The notes beneath the pieces are model-generated. The model was not told the DNA's origin. It did not search any database and saw only the letters and a list, made by a program, of their open reading frames with translations. The position numbers and the translations under genes were made by a program. From the NCBI GenBank assembly GCA_965223905.1, contig CBDCXV010000011.1, forward strand, positions 1,984,001-2,048,000: DNA of 64,000 nt. Direction: 5' to 3'. This document shows, piece by piece, positions 1 through 10,862 of this stretch; within the stretch, counting starts at the first letter, position 1, and each line of letters begins with the position of its first letter. Source of the stretch: Candidatus Latescibacterota bacterium (GTDB lineage: Bacteria > Latescibacterota > UBA2968 > UBA8231).

Positions 1-240
1 GGAATACAGAAGGCGCAGGTTCATCTAAGGGGTACGTTCCCCGGAGGAAGACAACGCCGGCTGGGACAGGGCACTATTGTCCGGAAATGGATGGCACAAA
101 TCCGGCCTCCTTTCATGCCGCCGATGCGGCCGCGGCCGTAGTCGTTCTCAGGGCCGGGATCCTCCCCGGCGGACGGCAATGCCGGCGCGCGAAACGCCAT
201 ATCGGCAAACGGGATTTTCCAGGAAGCAGCGGGCACGAAG

Positions 241-687
241 CTATTTCTCCCTGACTGAAATCCCCCTGGCCTCGGCGAACGCCTTCAGCTCGGAGATGAT
301 GCGGGGCTTGATGACCTGGTTCGCGCTGTAGCTCATGGCGCCGAATTGGATTTCCTCGGTTCTCCCCCCGGCGACATGAAACTCAACCTTCATGAACCTG
401 ACATGGATCTCCGAGATGGCTTCCCAGGAGATTTTCCGATGTCTGAGTACCCCTGTGCGAATTTCCAGGTTCTCATCGTTGAACTCTACGACGTATTTGT
501 GGAAACGATGCATCAGAAAACCTGCGGGCAGAGCGAAAAGACCGAATGCCAGCTGAAGGACGCCGACGAGAGTTTCGCCCCGCAAACTGAAAAGACCGCT
601 CATGATCCAGCATAATCCCATGACGATCCAGAGCACCTGGACCGGGCGGCTTGCAGGCTGGGTCAGATCGAATGTCCGTTCTTCCAT
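241..687 (-). CDS. Membrane protein: two TM helices plus a bacterial PH-like C-terminal domain
   Basis: Start re-set to ATG 687 (MEERTF), with an AAGGAG RBS upstream. Two hydrophobic segments are followed by beta-rich 'KISWEAISEI'. Confidence 0.6.
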   Translation of the reverse strand: MEERTFDLTQPASRPVQVLWIVMGLCWIMSGLFSLRGETLVGVLQLAFGLFALPAGFLMHRFHKYVVEFNDENLEIRTGVLRHRKISWEAISEIHVRFMKVEFHVAGGRTEEIQFGAMSYSANQVIKPRIISELKAFAEARGISVREK

Positions 688-853
688 GAGTTTGGTCTCC
701 TTGCTTACGTGGGTCGCCAGAAATCCCCGGAGAGTGCGCACAGTACCGGCTCCGGGATGACGCATATCATGCAAGGACTTTTCCTCTCGCCCAACCCCTC
801 CGCAGGCTGGTTGCCGGGCGCCCGTCGCCCGGAAGAAAGCCCCGTGCTTCCGG

Positions 854-1954
854 CTACCGGGAAACCTCCAGAACAGCCAGCGCCGCCTCGATGCCGGCGA
901 TCGCTTCTCTTTCCACCTGCAACGCCTCACCGATCAACCTGCCGGCCTCGGCGCGGCCCTCGGCAGTAAACCCATCGTTCTCACGCGCTGCTTCTAACAG
1001 ATCGTGCAGCGATTTCAGTACCGCCACCTCGCGGTCGTAGTGGGCCGCGGCTTCACCGATGGGCCCGGCCGCTTCGGGGAACAGGGTGAGAAGCTCCCGC
1101 AGGTACGCGGCGGCGATCATGCGCCGGTCCCTGAGGATGGCGGCGTGGTAGTGGGAACGGTTGGGGGAGACCTCCTCTGAGCCGAACGCCTGCCGCCAGA
1201 CCTCGTACGCGGCGAAACCCTGGCTCCACTTGCTCTCGAATCGGGTCCCCTCCGCAAAGGCAACCGCGTTTCTGAGCGCCGGCAGGTTCAGCATCCTTTG
1301 GTCGACATCACGGAGTTTCTCGAAAATCCCAACGTAGAACCACTCGACCCCGTCGCTGTGTCCGATGGCGTCGTAGCGAACGGTGTAATCCCCGGACACG
1401 AACGGGTGCCGGATCGTGTAGGTCTCCTGCGCTTCGTCGTATCCGACGATCAGGCCCCAGCAGTAGGCGCCGCGGCCGGCGGCTTTCTGCTCGAGGCTCA
1501 TCGGTTGCCATACGAGGGGCGGGATCCCTTTCTGGAGGCTTGCCAGGGCGGCATCCCGGGCATCCCGCTTCAGCGCCGGCAGATCGACGCCGGTGTCTTT
1601 CTTCGTCGCTTCGAAGACGCGGAACCGCGCCATCTCCGGGAGGAAATCCAGGGCGATCCCCCAGTCGATGTTGTCGTGAAAGACTCCTCCGCCCCCTTCC
1701 ACCATCTCGAAATGGAAGGCATGCCCCATGATGCCCTGAAGCCGTGTCGCCGACCATTCCGGGGCGCCGACCGCCTGCAGCAACGCGCTGACGCAGGAAA
1801 CCAGGCTCGTTCCGTAGTGCGGCTCGGACAGTGTGACGTCCGCCATGACGTCCATCGGTCGATCCGCTTCCTTTCTGTCCGCCGCTTCATCCGCGCCCGC
1901 CTCGGCAACGACAGCGGCGAGAAGGATGATGATGGACAGTGTTGGAATGGTCAT
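854..1954 (-). CDS. Secreted protein, BtrH-N/papain-like (C39-like) fold
   Basis: Signal peptide, SLVSCV..LL, and WGLIVGYD...YTIRHP, typical of BtrH_N-like proteins. Helical C-terminal domain. Confidence 0.5.
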   Translation of the reverse strand: MTIPTLSIIILLAAVVAEAGADEAADRKEADRPMDVMADVTLSEPHYGTSLVSCVSALLQAVGAPEWSATRLQGIMGHAFHFEMVEGGGGVFHDNIDWGIALDFLPEMARFRVFEATKKDTGVDLPALKRDARDAALASLQKGIPPLVWQPMSLEQKAAGRGAYCWGLIVGYDEAQETYTIRHPFVSGDYTVRYDAIGHSDGVEWFYVGIFEKLRDVDQRMLNLPALRNAVAFAEGTRFESKWSQGFAAYEVWRQAFGSEEVSPNRSHYHAAILRDRRMIAAAYLRELLTLFPEAAGPIGEAAAHYDREVAVLKSLHDLLEAARENDGFTAEGRAEAGRLIGEALQVEREAIAGIEAALAVLEVSR

Positions 1955-2161
1955 TTCGCGCCTATCTCTATGCTTTGCTCACAAGCTGTTCGGCATGTCG
2001 GTTTTCGGCAGAAGCCATCCTTGCGGAAAGGATGCCGGCAATCTCAACGAACGGACGGCTTGCAGCGGCTTTCACAATACGCCGCGGGCAGCACAATGTC
2101 AGTACCGGCCGCACCCATGCGCTTCAAAGGCGGCGATGCAGCCGGGTGGGATCTCAGCGAA

Positions 2162-3421
2162 TCAATCGCCCTGATAGCCCCGTTCGGCCCAGACTTTCCG
2201 GGCCAGCTTTTTTGCCTCGGGGGCCAGTTCGATTTCCCCCAGTATGCTGCTCGGTGGCTGCCCCTTCTTTGTGCGCCCGGGGTCGGGCGACCAGTCGTCC
2301 CCGGCGTATTTCCGGCGCACCGACTCGCGGCGGAAGTCGGGCACTCCCATCGGTTCCGAGTCGCTGAGCGCCGAACGCCAGGCCTGGATCCCGGCGATGC
2401 TCATGTCGATGCCGCGGTACACGTCGAGATAGGGCGGCTCGCCGCTGCGGATCGCCTCGGCGAAGTGGCAGCTGGTGAAAAAGTCGCCGCCGCCGTGTCC
2501 GGTGCGAGTCGCCTGGGCATGGTGCACGGGGAAGTCGGGCCTGTACACGGTTTCGACCGGATCGCTCCTGCGCTTTTCCCACGGCTCGTACCACACGCGC
2601 AGCCGCTGCTGGTCGCCGTGGCGGCAGTTTTCCATCACCCCCTTGTTGCCGTGGATGCGGACGTAGTTGCCGTGGCCGCGCAGCCCGCCGTGCAGCGACT
2701 TCATCACCGCGTCGTTGTCCATGCGGCAGATGATCACTGCGGCGGTGTCCCCCCGGTTCATGTGCAGCGTCTGGGTGGAGTCGGCGAAATCAAAGGGAAT
2801 GACGAAGCCGTTCACCTTCACCGGCCGGGTGTCGGTGATGTACATGACCGGGGCGATGGAATGGGTGCAGTAATACGTGGCGGGGATCCAGTTGCGCCAG
2901 TGGTCGCGCCCGCAGCTGCGCGCCAGTTTCACCTCGGGCGGGTCGGGGTGGACGTACTCGCCCTCGCCGTACTTGAACTCGCCGACGCGGCCCTTCCGGT
3001 AGAGCCGCTTCATCTCCTGGTTGAAGACCATGTAGGGGTAGTTCTCGGCGAACATGTAGGTCCTGCCGCTTTTCTCGACCGCTCTCGCCAGCGCCACGCC
3101 TTCCCCCAGGGTGTGGCAGGCCGCGGTCTCGCTCATTACGTGTTTGCCGGCGTTGAGCGCTTTGACCGCGAACGGCGCGTGCTGGTGGAAGTAGTTGGCC
3201 AGCACCACCGCGTCCATGTCGCAGCCGAGGAATTCTTCGTAGTCGAGGTATGTCTGCACGTTGAGGGCCTTGCCTTCCGCAAGGAGGCGCTCTTCCCAGG
3301 TGTCGCAGATGGCGACCAGTTCCATGCCGGTCGCCACGGCCGCCTGCATGAAGGACCGGCCGCGGCCGACGCCGACTACGCCGACCCGGATGGGATGTTG
3401 TTTGCCGCGTTTCCTGGCCAT
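2162..3421 (-). CDS. Gfo/Idh/MocA family oxidoreductase
   Basis: RVGVVGVGRG Rossmann motif, HAPFAVKALNAGKHVMSE, GEGEYVH, GHGGGD. Confidence 0.9.
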   Translation of the reverse strand: MARKRGKQHPIRVGVVGVGRGRSFMQAAVATGMELVAICDTWEERLLAEGKALNVQTYLDYEEFLGCDMDAVVLANYFHQHAPFAVKALNAGKHVMSETAACHTLGEGVALARAVEKSGRTYMFAENYPYMVFNQEMKRLYRKGRVGEFKYGEGEYVHPDPPEVKLARSCGRDHWRNWIPATYYCTHSIAPVMYITDTRPVKVNGFVIPFDFADSTQTLHMNRGDTAAVIICRMDNDAVMKSLHGGLRGHGNYVRIHGNKGVMENCRHGDQQRLRVWYEPWEKRRSDPVETVYRPDFPVHHAQATRTGHGGGDFFTSCHFAEAIRSGEPPYLDVYRGIDMSIAGIQAWRSALSDSEPMGVPDFRRESVRRKYAGDDWSPDPGRTKKGQPPSSILGEIELAPEAKKLARKVWAERGYQGD

Positions 3422-3438
3422 GGTCTATGTCCTGCGTT

Positions 3439-4225
3439 TCATCCTTGACGGCGCTCGGCCCTGGGGTTGTGCGTAGTGCGACCGCCTTGTGGCGGGGCGG
3501 ATAGAGGTTTCCCCAACCTCATGAGCAACAGCATCGGCCAACCAAGATCGAAATCGTCCTGGAACCCGGTCCAGTACTCCTTCGCCCTCGGGGACTTCTC
3601 GAGCAGGGATTCGTCCGCAAGATGTTCTTCGATGCGGTCGATCCGGAGTCGGGCCTTCAAGGCTGCATTGACATAGTCCGCGATCTGGTGGCGATAGCTC
3701 TCGACGTTGACCTTCCGGCCCGTCTGCGTATCGGTGAAGCGGGCCTGCAGGCGACGGAGACGCATCGCCGGGGTGGAGTTCCGAGATGATGACGAAACCT
3801 CCCGGCCGGCAGATCCTCCCCATCTCTCCGATCACCGAATCCAGGTCGGAAACGTGCTCCAGGACCAGGCAGCACAGGACGCGATCGAAGCTGTCGTTGT
3901 CGAACGGGAAGCGCCCCGTCAGGTCGTGGGTAACGAATCGCACGTCGTGTTTCTTCGCCTTCCCGATGGCTTGCGCCATCATTTCCGGGGCGAAGTCGAC
4001 TGCCGTCACCCTGGCGCCTGCTTCCGCCAGATAGAGGGTGTGGCGACCCGTGCCGCAGCCGATGTCGGCGACGCTGAGTTCCCGGACGTCCCCCAACAGG
4101 GACCGCACCAGCGGCTCTTCCAGAACGATCAAGGGATTGTCCTGGGTGTCGTAGGTTTCGGACCAGCGAGCGTAGCCCTGCCGAACGGGTACGATCTCGG
4201 TAACAACCCTGGATTCGTCAATCAC
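3439..4225 (-). pseudogene. Class I SAM-dependent methyltransferase (BioC-like), frameshifted at ~3770
   Basis: ADIGCGTGRH and RPGGFVIISELHP. The continuation (AMRLRRLQARF...GWPMLLL) lies in ORF 3439..3765; one extra C in a C run explains the shift. Could be a sequencing error. Confidence 0.8.
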
Positions 4226-4458
4226 GTTGGTTGCCTTCGGGTAACGCCGGTGGCTCCGGCCGGGCCTTCAGGTTAACTGGAGGTATCCGAACGATCGTTC
4301 GGTCCGCGATTGGAGCGGTTCGTCCTGCGGTCACACGCTGGAGTGGGCGGCCTTGGTCGCCCGGGGGTTTCAAACTGGATGAAGTCCGCCAATCGTGGAA
4401 AACGGCCCTTGTGTGTCGCTGCCGAAACGCGCCACGCCTCAGTGATAGCGGCGGGTAC

Positions 4459-5065
4459 TCATCTACAACTGACTGCGGATATACCCCAACCGTTAACGAA
4501 CTTTGTCAGCAATTTGCAACCGTGGGCAGTCAGTTGATCTTCGATATCCGGGTTCGCAAAATCCTTGGAATTTTTGGTAATGAAACAGCGAAGCTCCCCG
4601 GATTCTGTAGTCAGATGAGCGAGAATCGAAGCATAAACTATGGAATCCCGCGGCGATAGATCGAGACTCTTTTGGAATGTAATGGCGTCGCTGATAATAC
4701 CCAAATCGATGGGTATTATTTCAACGTTCTGTAAGATCTTCTCCAGAGCATCATCGAGTCGATGCTTCTCTTCTTCACCACTTCTGATCAATAAGTTTGT
4801 GAGTTCCCGGAACTCATCAGAGGCTTCATGGTAAGGGCCCGAACGAGAGAGTTTCATGAATTGCCATACGGAGTTGTTCATGCAGATCACGTCTTTGCTT
4901 TGACCGGCGAACCCACGCTTCATACGGTTCTCCAATACTGAAGGCGGGTACCACCAAGCGAATATCTCTCTATTCCGATAAGCCCAAAATCGCCGAGCAA
5001 CTTTCATGTTCCTCCTGAAAGAATGCGAGTTCGAGGACGAAATTAGATTCTACGTATAAAATCAT
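4459..5065 (-). pseudogene. PIN-domain protein (DUF4935-like), disrupted
   Basis: ATG 5065 gives MILYVESNFVLE. In-frame TAG at 4970-4972 and a frameshift at ~4853, then LSPRDSIVYASIL...FITKNSKDF PIN motifs. Confidence 0.7.
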
Positions 5066-5529
5066 GTGGCAGCTTCAAGCTCGACAGAACCGTGCCTGAT
5101 TGCCTCGTATAATCCTGAGTCAAGGAGCCATTTGGGATTTGGGTTAACTGAGTCTCGTTGCAGATCGTTACGGACCACATCTTCCAGCCACGAAATCGTA
5201 AGAAGTTCCAGTCCATATCCGCTTAGATCGTAAAGGGGTTGGTTTGATTTCAGGTATGGAGCCAGTACTTCGGTAGCCTCTATTTTATAATCAGGTCTGG
5301 CGGTACCATCAACTAGGTTAGCGTCAGTCCACAGATAGAGAGAGTCAGGGAGCACAAGTAAGAAAAAGGGAGCATTAGGCATGAACGAATGGGCCAACAA
5401 ATTGCGGCGCATGCGGATCACCCACTCAGCAGATGCACCAAGTTTGCTTTTGATTTCGACTACGAGTTGGAGTTTTTCCTCCGGATCTGATACTGCAATA
5501 TCGACAAATTTCATTGTATGAACCTCCAC
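5062..5529 (-). CDS. Hypothetical protein with a PD-(D/E)XK-like motif
   Basis: VDIAV...LVVEIKSK. Its stop overlaps the PIN gene start (ATGA). Confidence 0.55.
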   Translation of the reverse strand: MEVHTMKFVDIAVSDPEEKLQLVVEIKSKLGASAEWVIRMRRNLLAHSFMPNAPFFLLVLPDSLYLWTDANLVDGTARPDYKIEATEVLAPYLKSNQPLYDLSGYGLELLTISWLEDVVRNDLQRDSVNPNPKWLLDSGLYEAIRHGSVELEAAT

Positions 5530-6294
5530 ATGGCTGGCTACCGCCCCTTGAGATGTTAGTAAACAGGTTCCCTCTATGAGCTTATGGCACGTAGGGGTTT
5601 TCTTTACAATTGTGGGTCAACATACCCTCCATGTTGAACCCTGTCAACCAACATCGAGTCACGAACAAGTAGAAGTTGGAAAAAGCGATTTTTTCCGTTA
5701 CGGATATGATTCTACGTGGCGGACCCGCCCTTGCCTTGGATGCCTGCTCATTCCTCGGTGAAGACTTTGCCTTGCCTCAAACGCCCTGCCCGCATGGGAC
5801 GAGCCATCCTCTGCTTTCGCTCCTGGACCTTCTGGAGAAGGAGGAGGCTCTGGCGCCCCCGCCTCCTCCGCTGCCAACGAAGTCTTGCCCCCCTGCCCGA
5901 GGCCGCGAACGCTAACGTTCCGGCGAGGCCGATTGCGGTGCTGCCAGTGCGGACGGCGATTCGAGTGGTTCGTCCTTCGGTTGTCGAATGGTGTGGGCTG
6001 CCCTGCCGGCTCAGGTGTCCGCCGAACTCAGCCCCTTGCCCAAACCTGTGGCGTCCCCTCGGAAACCCAACCCGCCCTCACAGATTCGGCCTCCATTTGA
6101 CCCTATCCGGGGGGGCGGGGCCGGATATGGCAGCCGTAAACAAACCGGTTCCGGGGGCGCCCATCAGAAAAAACCGCAAACGATCTTCAGGAACTCTGGC
6201 GACCCGGGCGTGCGCAAGACGCATTGATTGAAACCCAAAAAAGGTGCCTAATTATCCGGGCACCTTCCGATTTACAACGAAAGATACGCGCTCT

Positions 6295-9200
6295 ATGCCT
6301 CAACCAAACGGTTCCCGCATTGAAGCCGTCCGTCGGGCAATCGAGCGGTGGCAGAAGGATCTCTTCGATACCTCTGGCCGCAACCGGCTCGTTCGATACC
6401 GCGACCTGAAAACGAGTACGCTCGATCTCACACCCGGTCGAGCGTACGGTCTCGACAAACGGGCCTTGGACCGGCTGCTGGCGGACAAACCTGTCAGCCT
6501 CAGCGATCTCTTTCCTGATGCTCAAGATGGCTCCGACGACTCGACGGCCTTCAACGACGCCCGCCGCCGCCTCGCGGCCATCCACAAGGTTGCCCTCGCG
6601 AACCTGGAGGAGAAGGGCATCGAGACGCTCTTTGCCGCCATCGGGCTCGCGACCTGGAGAGTCGATTCCGGGACCCCGCCGTACGCGCCGGTGATTCTCC
6701 TGCCGCTCGGGGTGGAAGCCACGGGTGCCGCTGCGCGTGACTTCAAGATCCGTGTCTCGGGTGATGCCCACCTCAACCCGGTGCTGGCCCACGTCCTGCG
6801 CACCGAACACGACATCGAGATCGACGACGAAGAGGGGGATGTGGCTGAAGACCCACCAACCAACCTCAACGGATTCCAGGTCCTGCTCAACCGGTTCGCG
6901 GAGTCGTGGAAGGCCCTTCCTGATCTGGTTATTGAGCTACGCGCCGTTTCAGCGGTTTTCTCTTACTCAACGATGCCGCTGGTCACTGATCTGGAGCAGA
7001 ACGGCGGGCTGTTTGCTGCAAGCGACATCGTCGCCGCTATCGCCGGCGATGGAGAGGCTCGAGAGGTCGTTGCCTCCCGCATTTGCGAGCCCGAGCCCAA
7101 CCAGCCCGACACGGATCCTCCCGCGGACGAGTTCCTCGTGCTCGATGCCGATTCCAGCCAGCACATGGCGATCAATCGCGTGCTCGGCGGGGAGTCGCTC
7201 GTTATCCAGGGTCCGCCGGGCACGGGCAAATCCCAAACAATCGCCAACCTCATCACAGCCCTCATCGCCCGAGGCAAACGCGTCCTTTTCGTCGCCGAGA
7301 AACGCGCTGCCATCGAAGCCGTCACAAAACGGCTGGAGCAAGTGGACCTCGGCGACCTTGTCATGGACATGCATGGCGGCGTCACCTCCCGGCGTGATTT
7401 CGCGCGCACGCTCAACGACTCCCTGGAACGCGTCGCCACTATTCCCGCGCGCGACTACTCTGCTCTCCACAGGCGTCTCGGGGAACGTCGAGATGCCCTC
7501 ATTGCAAACGATGCCGCCCTGCATGAACCGCGCCATCCCTGGAAGCTCTGTGTCTTCGACATGAGGGAACGACTCCTTGCCATTCCCACAGCTGCTCACA
7601 CCCAACTGCGCCTTTCTACCGAGGCGGCGCGCGCCCTCGATAGCGCCGGTTTCGAACAGCTTGCAGGTGGAATTGAAGAGTGGGTCAACCTCGGTGGCCA
7701 TACACTGGCTGAGAACCATCCAGAGTGGTCCCGCAGCTCCATCACTACCCCCGCCGAAGCGCGCAAGGCCTACGATCTGGTCAGCGATCTTGCGCACCGG
7801 CTCCTGCCCGCCGCCCGCGACGCCCTCTTCCCGTTGCTAGATGAGCGTGCCCTCCCTCGGCCGGAGAAGGTTGCCGAGTGGGCCAGGACGACGCGGTTCC
7901 TCGTGGTGGCAAGCGGACCATGGTGGAGGCGGATAATTGCGCAGATCATCTCGAAAGAGTACCGGGCGGCCAAGCGAGCGCTTGGAAATCCTGGTGCGCT
8001 GTCACTCACACCAGACAAGCTGAGTGATTTGAAAGAGCGCGTACGTGCCCTCGCCGCAGGGTTTGCAGCCTTGGCCAAAGTGGGGGGGATCTACGGTCTG
8101 GACGGGTTGCCACACACCGATCTGTCCGTGGTGCTCAATCGGATGATAGCCAATCGCACCGCGGCCACGAGCCTTCCCACAATCCGCGAGCTTGAAAGGC
8201 GGTTTGGCGAGGCCGGGATCGAAAACGTCATTGCGCTCGTTGGTGGGGACATTCCACCCGACCATGCTGCCCTCGCCGTCGAGAACGCCTGGCTATGGCG
8301 CGTCCTGGAAGATCTCGAGTTTGAAGATCGACGGATCGCTGCATTCGACAGCAGTACACATTCCCGCCATCGGGACGAATTCGCCGAAACCGATCGTCAG
8401 CACCGAGACTCTACCCCTCAGCGGGTTCACCGGCTGGCCGCCGAGGCCATCATAGCGACGATGAATGATCATCCAGAGGAGACCGCACTGGTCCGGAAAG
8501 AAGCCGCGAAGAAGCGCCGCCACCTCAGCGTCCGGCAACTCTTCGCGCGCGCCCCCCACGTTCTCTCCACGCTCCGCCCCTGCTGGACCATGTCGCCCAT
8601 CCTCGCAGCTGAGATGATCCCCGCAAACCTGCGGCTCTTCGACGCCGTCATTTTCGATGAGGCTTCTCAGATTCCCCCGGCGGAAGCGATCAGTAGCCTT
8701 GCGCGTGCTCCCCAGACCGTGATCGCCGGGGACAGCCGCCAGCTTCCCCCCACTTCGTTCTTCGGCCACAGCGCCGACGATGAAACCGAAGACGAAGACG
8801 ACGACGAGGGGGTTCTGACCAGCGACATCGAGTCCCTGCTTGACACCGCCGGCGTGCTTCTGCGCGACAAGATGCTGCAGTGGCACTATCGCAGCCGCGA
8901 CGACCGCCTGATTGCGTTCTCCAACAACCATATCTACGGCGGCTCTTTGACAGCCTTCCCGGGCGCAATCGTCAATACCCCGATCACGCACTGCCTGATC
9001 CCTTTCCGCCCCATCACCGGGGTCAGCGGCACGCGCTCGAACCCGGACGAGGTCGAGAAGGTCGTCGGTCTCGTCCTCGAACACGCCCGTGAGACCCCAG
9101 ACGAGACTCTCGGCGTCATCGCCTTTGGTCAGCATCACGCTGACAACATCGAAAACGTACTCCTCCGCCGCCTCAGTGAGGTGAACGATCCTTCCCTCGA

Positions 9201-10161
9201 CGAGTTCTTCGCCGAAACGAACGAGGAGCGCTTCTTCGTCAAGAATATCGAACGCGTCCAGGGGGATGAGCGGGACGTCATCATCCTCAGCGTTGGCTAC
9301 CACAAGGATGCCCGCGGAAGCCTGCCCTACCGTTTTGGGCCAATACTGCAGGAAGGTGGAGAACGCCGTCTCAACGTTGCCGTAACGCGCGCCCGTTCGC
9401 GTCTCACGCTGGTCTCTTCATTCAGCCATCGCGACATGGACCCGGGCCGCTCCTCCGCGAAGGGGGTCGATCTGCTCCGGCAGTATCTCGAATATGCTGC
9501 TTCCGGCGGCGAGAACCTCGGTTCGGAGGTGCACGATGTGCCGCTCAACCCATTCGAGCTTTCCATCCTGGATGGACTGGAACGCCGAGGCATTCCGGTT
9601 ACGCCCCAATACGGCGTCTCCGGTTACCGCATCGACTTCGCCTGTGCGCATCCCGACGAGCCCGGGCGGATGGTGCTCGCCGTCGAGGCCGATGGCGCCA
9701 GTTATCACTCCGCGCACACTGCCCGCGACCGCGACCGCCTCCGCCAGCAAGTACTGGAGGGCAAGGGTTGGCGCTTTCACCGTATCTGGTCGACGGCGTG
9801 GTTCAGAGACCGCGAGGCGGAGCTCGACAAGGCGGAGGAAGCGTGGAAACGGGCTGTTGAGGCGTCAGACAGGGACGAGCCGCTTCCAACTGTCGGAGCA
9901 CCCCCCGACATCCCGCAGAGTCCATCCCCGCAACGCGGCCCGCGTCCCAATGTTCCCCGAAAAGGAAGGCTTGGTTACGACAGCATCACCGATTACAGCC
10001 ACCTGCAACTGGTTGCTCTTGCCCGTTGGATCGAGTCCGATACGCTCCTGCGGACCGACGACGACCTGATCCGGGAGATGATGAAGGAGCTTGGATTCAA
10101 GCGTTCCGGGAAGCGTATCACAGATGCGCTCAGGATGGCCATCAGAGATGCCCGTCGCTGA
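6295..10161 (+). CDS. DUF4011 + SF1 helicase + Vsr/DUF559-like nuclease (Hhe-like anti-phage protein)
   Basis: WQKDLFDTSGRNRL (DUF4011); GPPGTGKS, DEASQ, GDSRQLPP, WHYRS, VQGDERD, RRLNVAVTRAR (helicase); YRIDF..VEADG..RDRLRQ..GWRFHRIWST (nuclease). Confidence 0.85.
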   Translation: MPQPNGSRIEAVRRAIERWQKDLFDTSGRNRLVRYRDLKTSTLDLTPGRAYGLDKRALDRLLADKPVSLSDLFPDAQDGSDDSTAFNDARRRLAAIHKVALANLEEKGIETLFAAIGLATWRVDSGTPPYAPVILLPLGVEATGAAARDFKIRVSGDAHLNPVLAHVLRTEHDIEIDDEEGDVAEDPPTNLNGFQVLLNRFAESWKALPDLVIELRAVSAVFSYSTMPLVTDLEQNGGLFAASDIVAAIAGDGEAREVVASRICEPEPNQPDTDPPADEFLVLDADSSQHMAINRVLGGESLVIQGPPGTGKSQTIANLITALIARGKRVLFVAEKRAAIEAVTKRLEQVDLGDLVMDMHGGVTSRRDFARTLNDSLERVATIPARDYSALHRRLGERRDALIANDAALHEPRHPWKLCVFDMRERLLAIPTAAHTQLRLSTEAARALDSAGFEQLAGGIEEWVNLGGHTLAENHPEWSRSSITTPAEARKAYDLVSDLAHRLLPAARDALFPLLDERALPRPEKVAEWARTTRFLVVASGPWWRRIIAQIISKEYRAAKRALGNPGALSLTPDKLSDLKERVRALAAGFAALAKVGGIYGLDGLPHTDLSVVLNRMIANRTAATSLPTIRELERRFGEAGIENVIALVGGDIPPDHAALAVENAWLWRVLEDLEFEDRRIAAFDSSTHSRHRDEFAETDRQHRDSTPQRVHRLAAEAIIATMNDHPEETALVRKEAAKKRRHLSVRQLFARAPHVLSTLRPCWTMSPILAAEMIPANLRLFDAVIFDEASQIPPAEAISSLARAPQTVIAGDSRQLPPTSFFGHSADDETEDEDDDEGVLTSDIESLLDTAGVLLRDKMLQWHYRSRDDRLIAFSNNHIYGGSLTAFPGAIVNTPITHCLIPFRPITGVSGTRSNPDEVEKVVGLVLEHARETPDETLGVIAFGQHHADNIENVLLRRLSEVNDPSLDEFFAETNEERFFVKNIERVQGDERDVIILSVGYHKDARGSLPYRFGPILQEGGERRLNVAVTRARSRLTLVSSFSHRDMDPGRSSAKGVDLLRQYLEYAASGGENLGSEVHDVPLNPFELSILDGLERRGIPVTPQYGVSGYRIDFACAHPDEPGRMVLAVEADGASYHSAHTARDRDRLRQQVLEGKGWRFHRIWSTAWFRDREAELDKAEEAWKRAVEASDRDEPLPTVGAPPDIPQSPSPQRGPRPNVPRKGRLGYDSITDYSHLQLVALARWIESDTLLRTDDDLIREMMKELGFKRSGKRITDALRMAIRDARR

Positions 10162-10233
10162 CCTCTGCCTGCAATACGCCTGACGACGGGTCTAGGATGC
10201 CCTGCAAGGTCTCACGGCCGTAAACGATCTACT

Positions 10234-10850
10234 TCACCGTGCATTGGCCGGTTTGATCGTGTAATTCCAATCGCCATGGAACGTATGTGGCGAGAGCTTG
10301 ACGTGCTCCATTTGCTCATCCGTGACGACCACCCCTTTGGGATACGAACGTTTGTCGATCTCGGAGCGAACGCGAAGCCCGGTGGCCGTGGTCGTCATAC
10401 CGATCAGATTGACCACCGCCGCCAGACTGACCAGGGGTTGGCCGCGCCAGTTCATGGCGATATACGCGAACAGACGATGCTCGATGCGGTTCCATTTGCT
10501 GGTGGGACCACCTCCTTCTTCTTGGTATCTACCGAAATGACCGGATGGCCTTTTTTCTGAGCGCTTCGCACCTGCTCGTTGAGGTAGCGGTGATCGGCTC
10601 GAGCAAGGCGTTGAGGTCCGACAACAGCGTCCCGTCCGTGTCGACGCGCCGCTTGCGACCGCCGCCATGCCCCATCGCTTCGGCCTCGGCGGCCGCCCAC
10701 AGGCGGCGCGTGCCTTCGCTCAAGGCGGCGCGTGCGTTCGCTCACCGGCGCCAAGGCCGCGTACTTCGCTCGCAGCGTTTCGATGTCCACCCATCAAGAG
10801 TAAGCCTGTTCTTCCCAAAAGTACATCATTTATTTCGTGACAAATCCTAA
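10234..10850 (-). mobile_element. ISAzo13-family transposase remnant with several internal deletions
   Basis: Fragments ERTRRLWAAAEA, PVISVDTKKKE, TSKWNRIEHRLF..NWRGQPL and FHGDWNYTI lie in three frames. End-like TTAGGATTTGTCACGAAATAA on the minus strand at ~10830-10850. Confidence 0.85.
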
Positions 10851-10862
10851 GGAGGTGATGAG

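Noticed and set aside
5676-6231. Possible IS91-like end or zinc-finger remnant (CCQCG, TTTGACCCTATCC)
   Set aside because: Similarity is too weak to call by eye.
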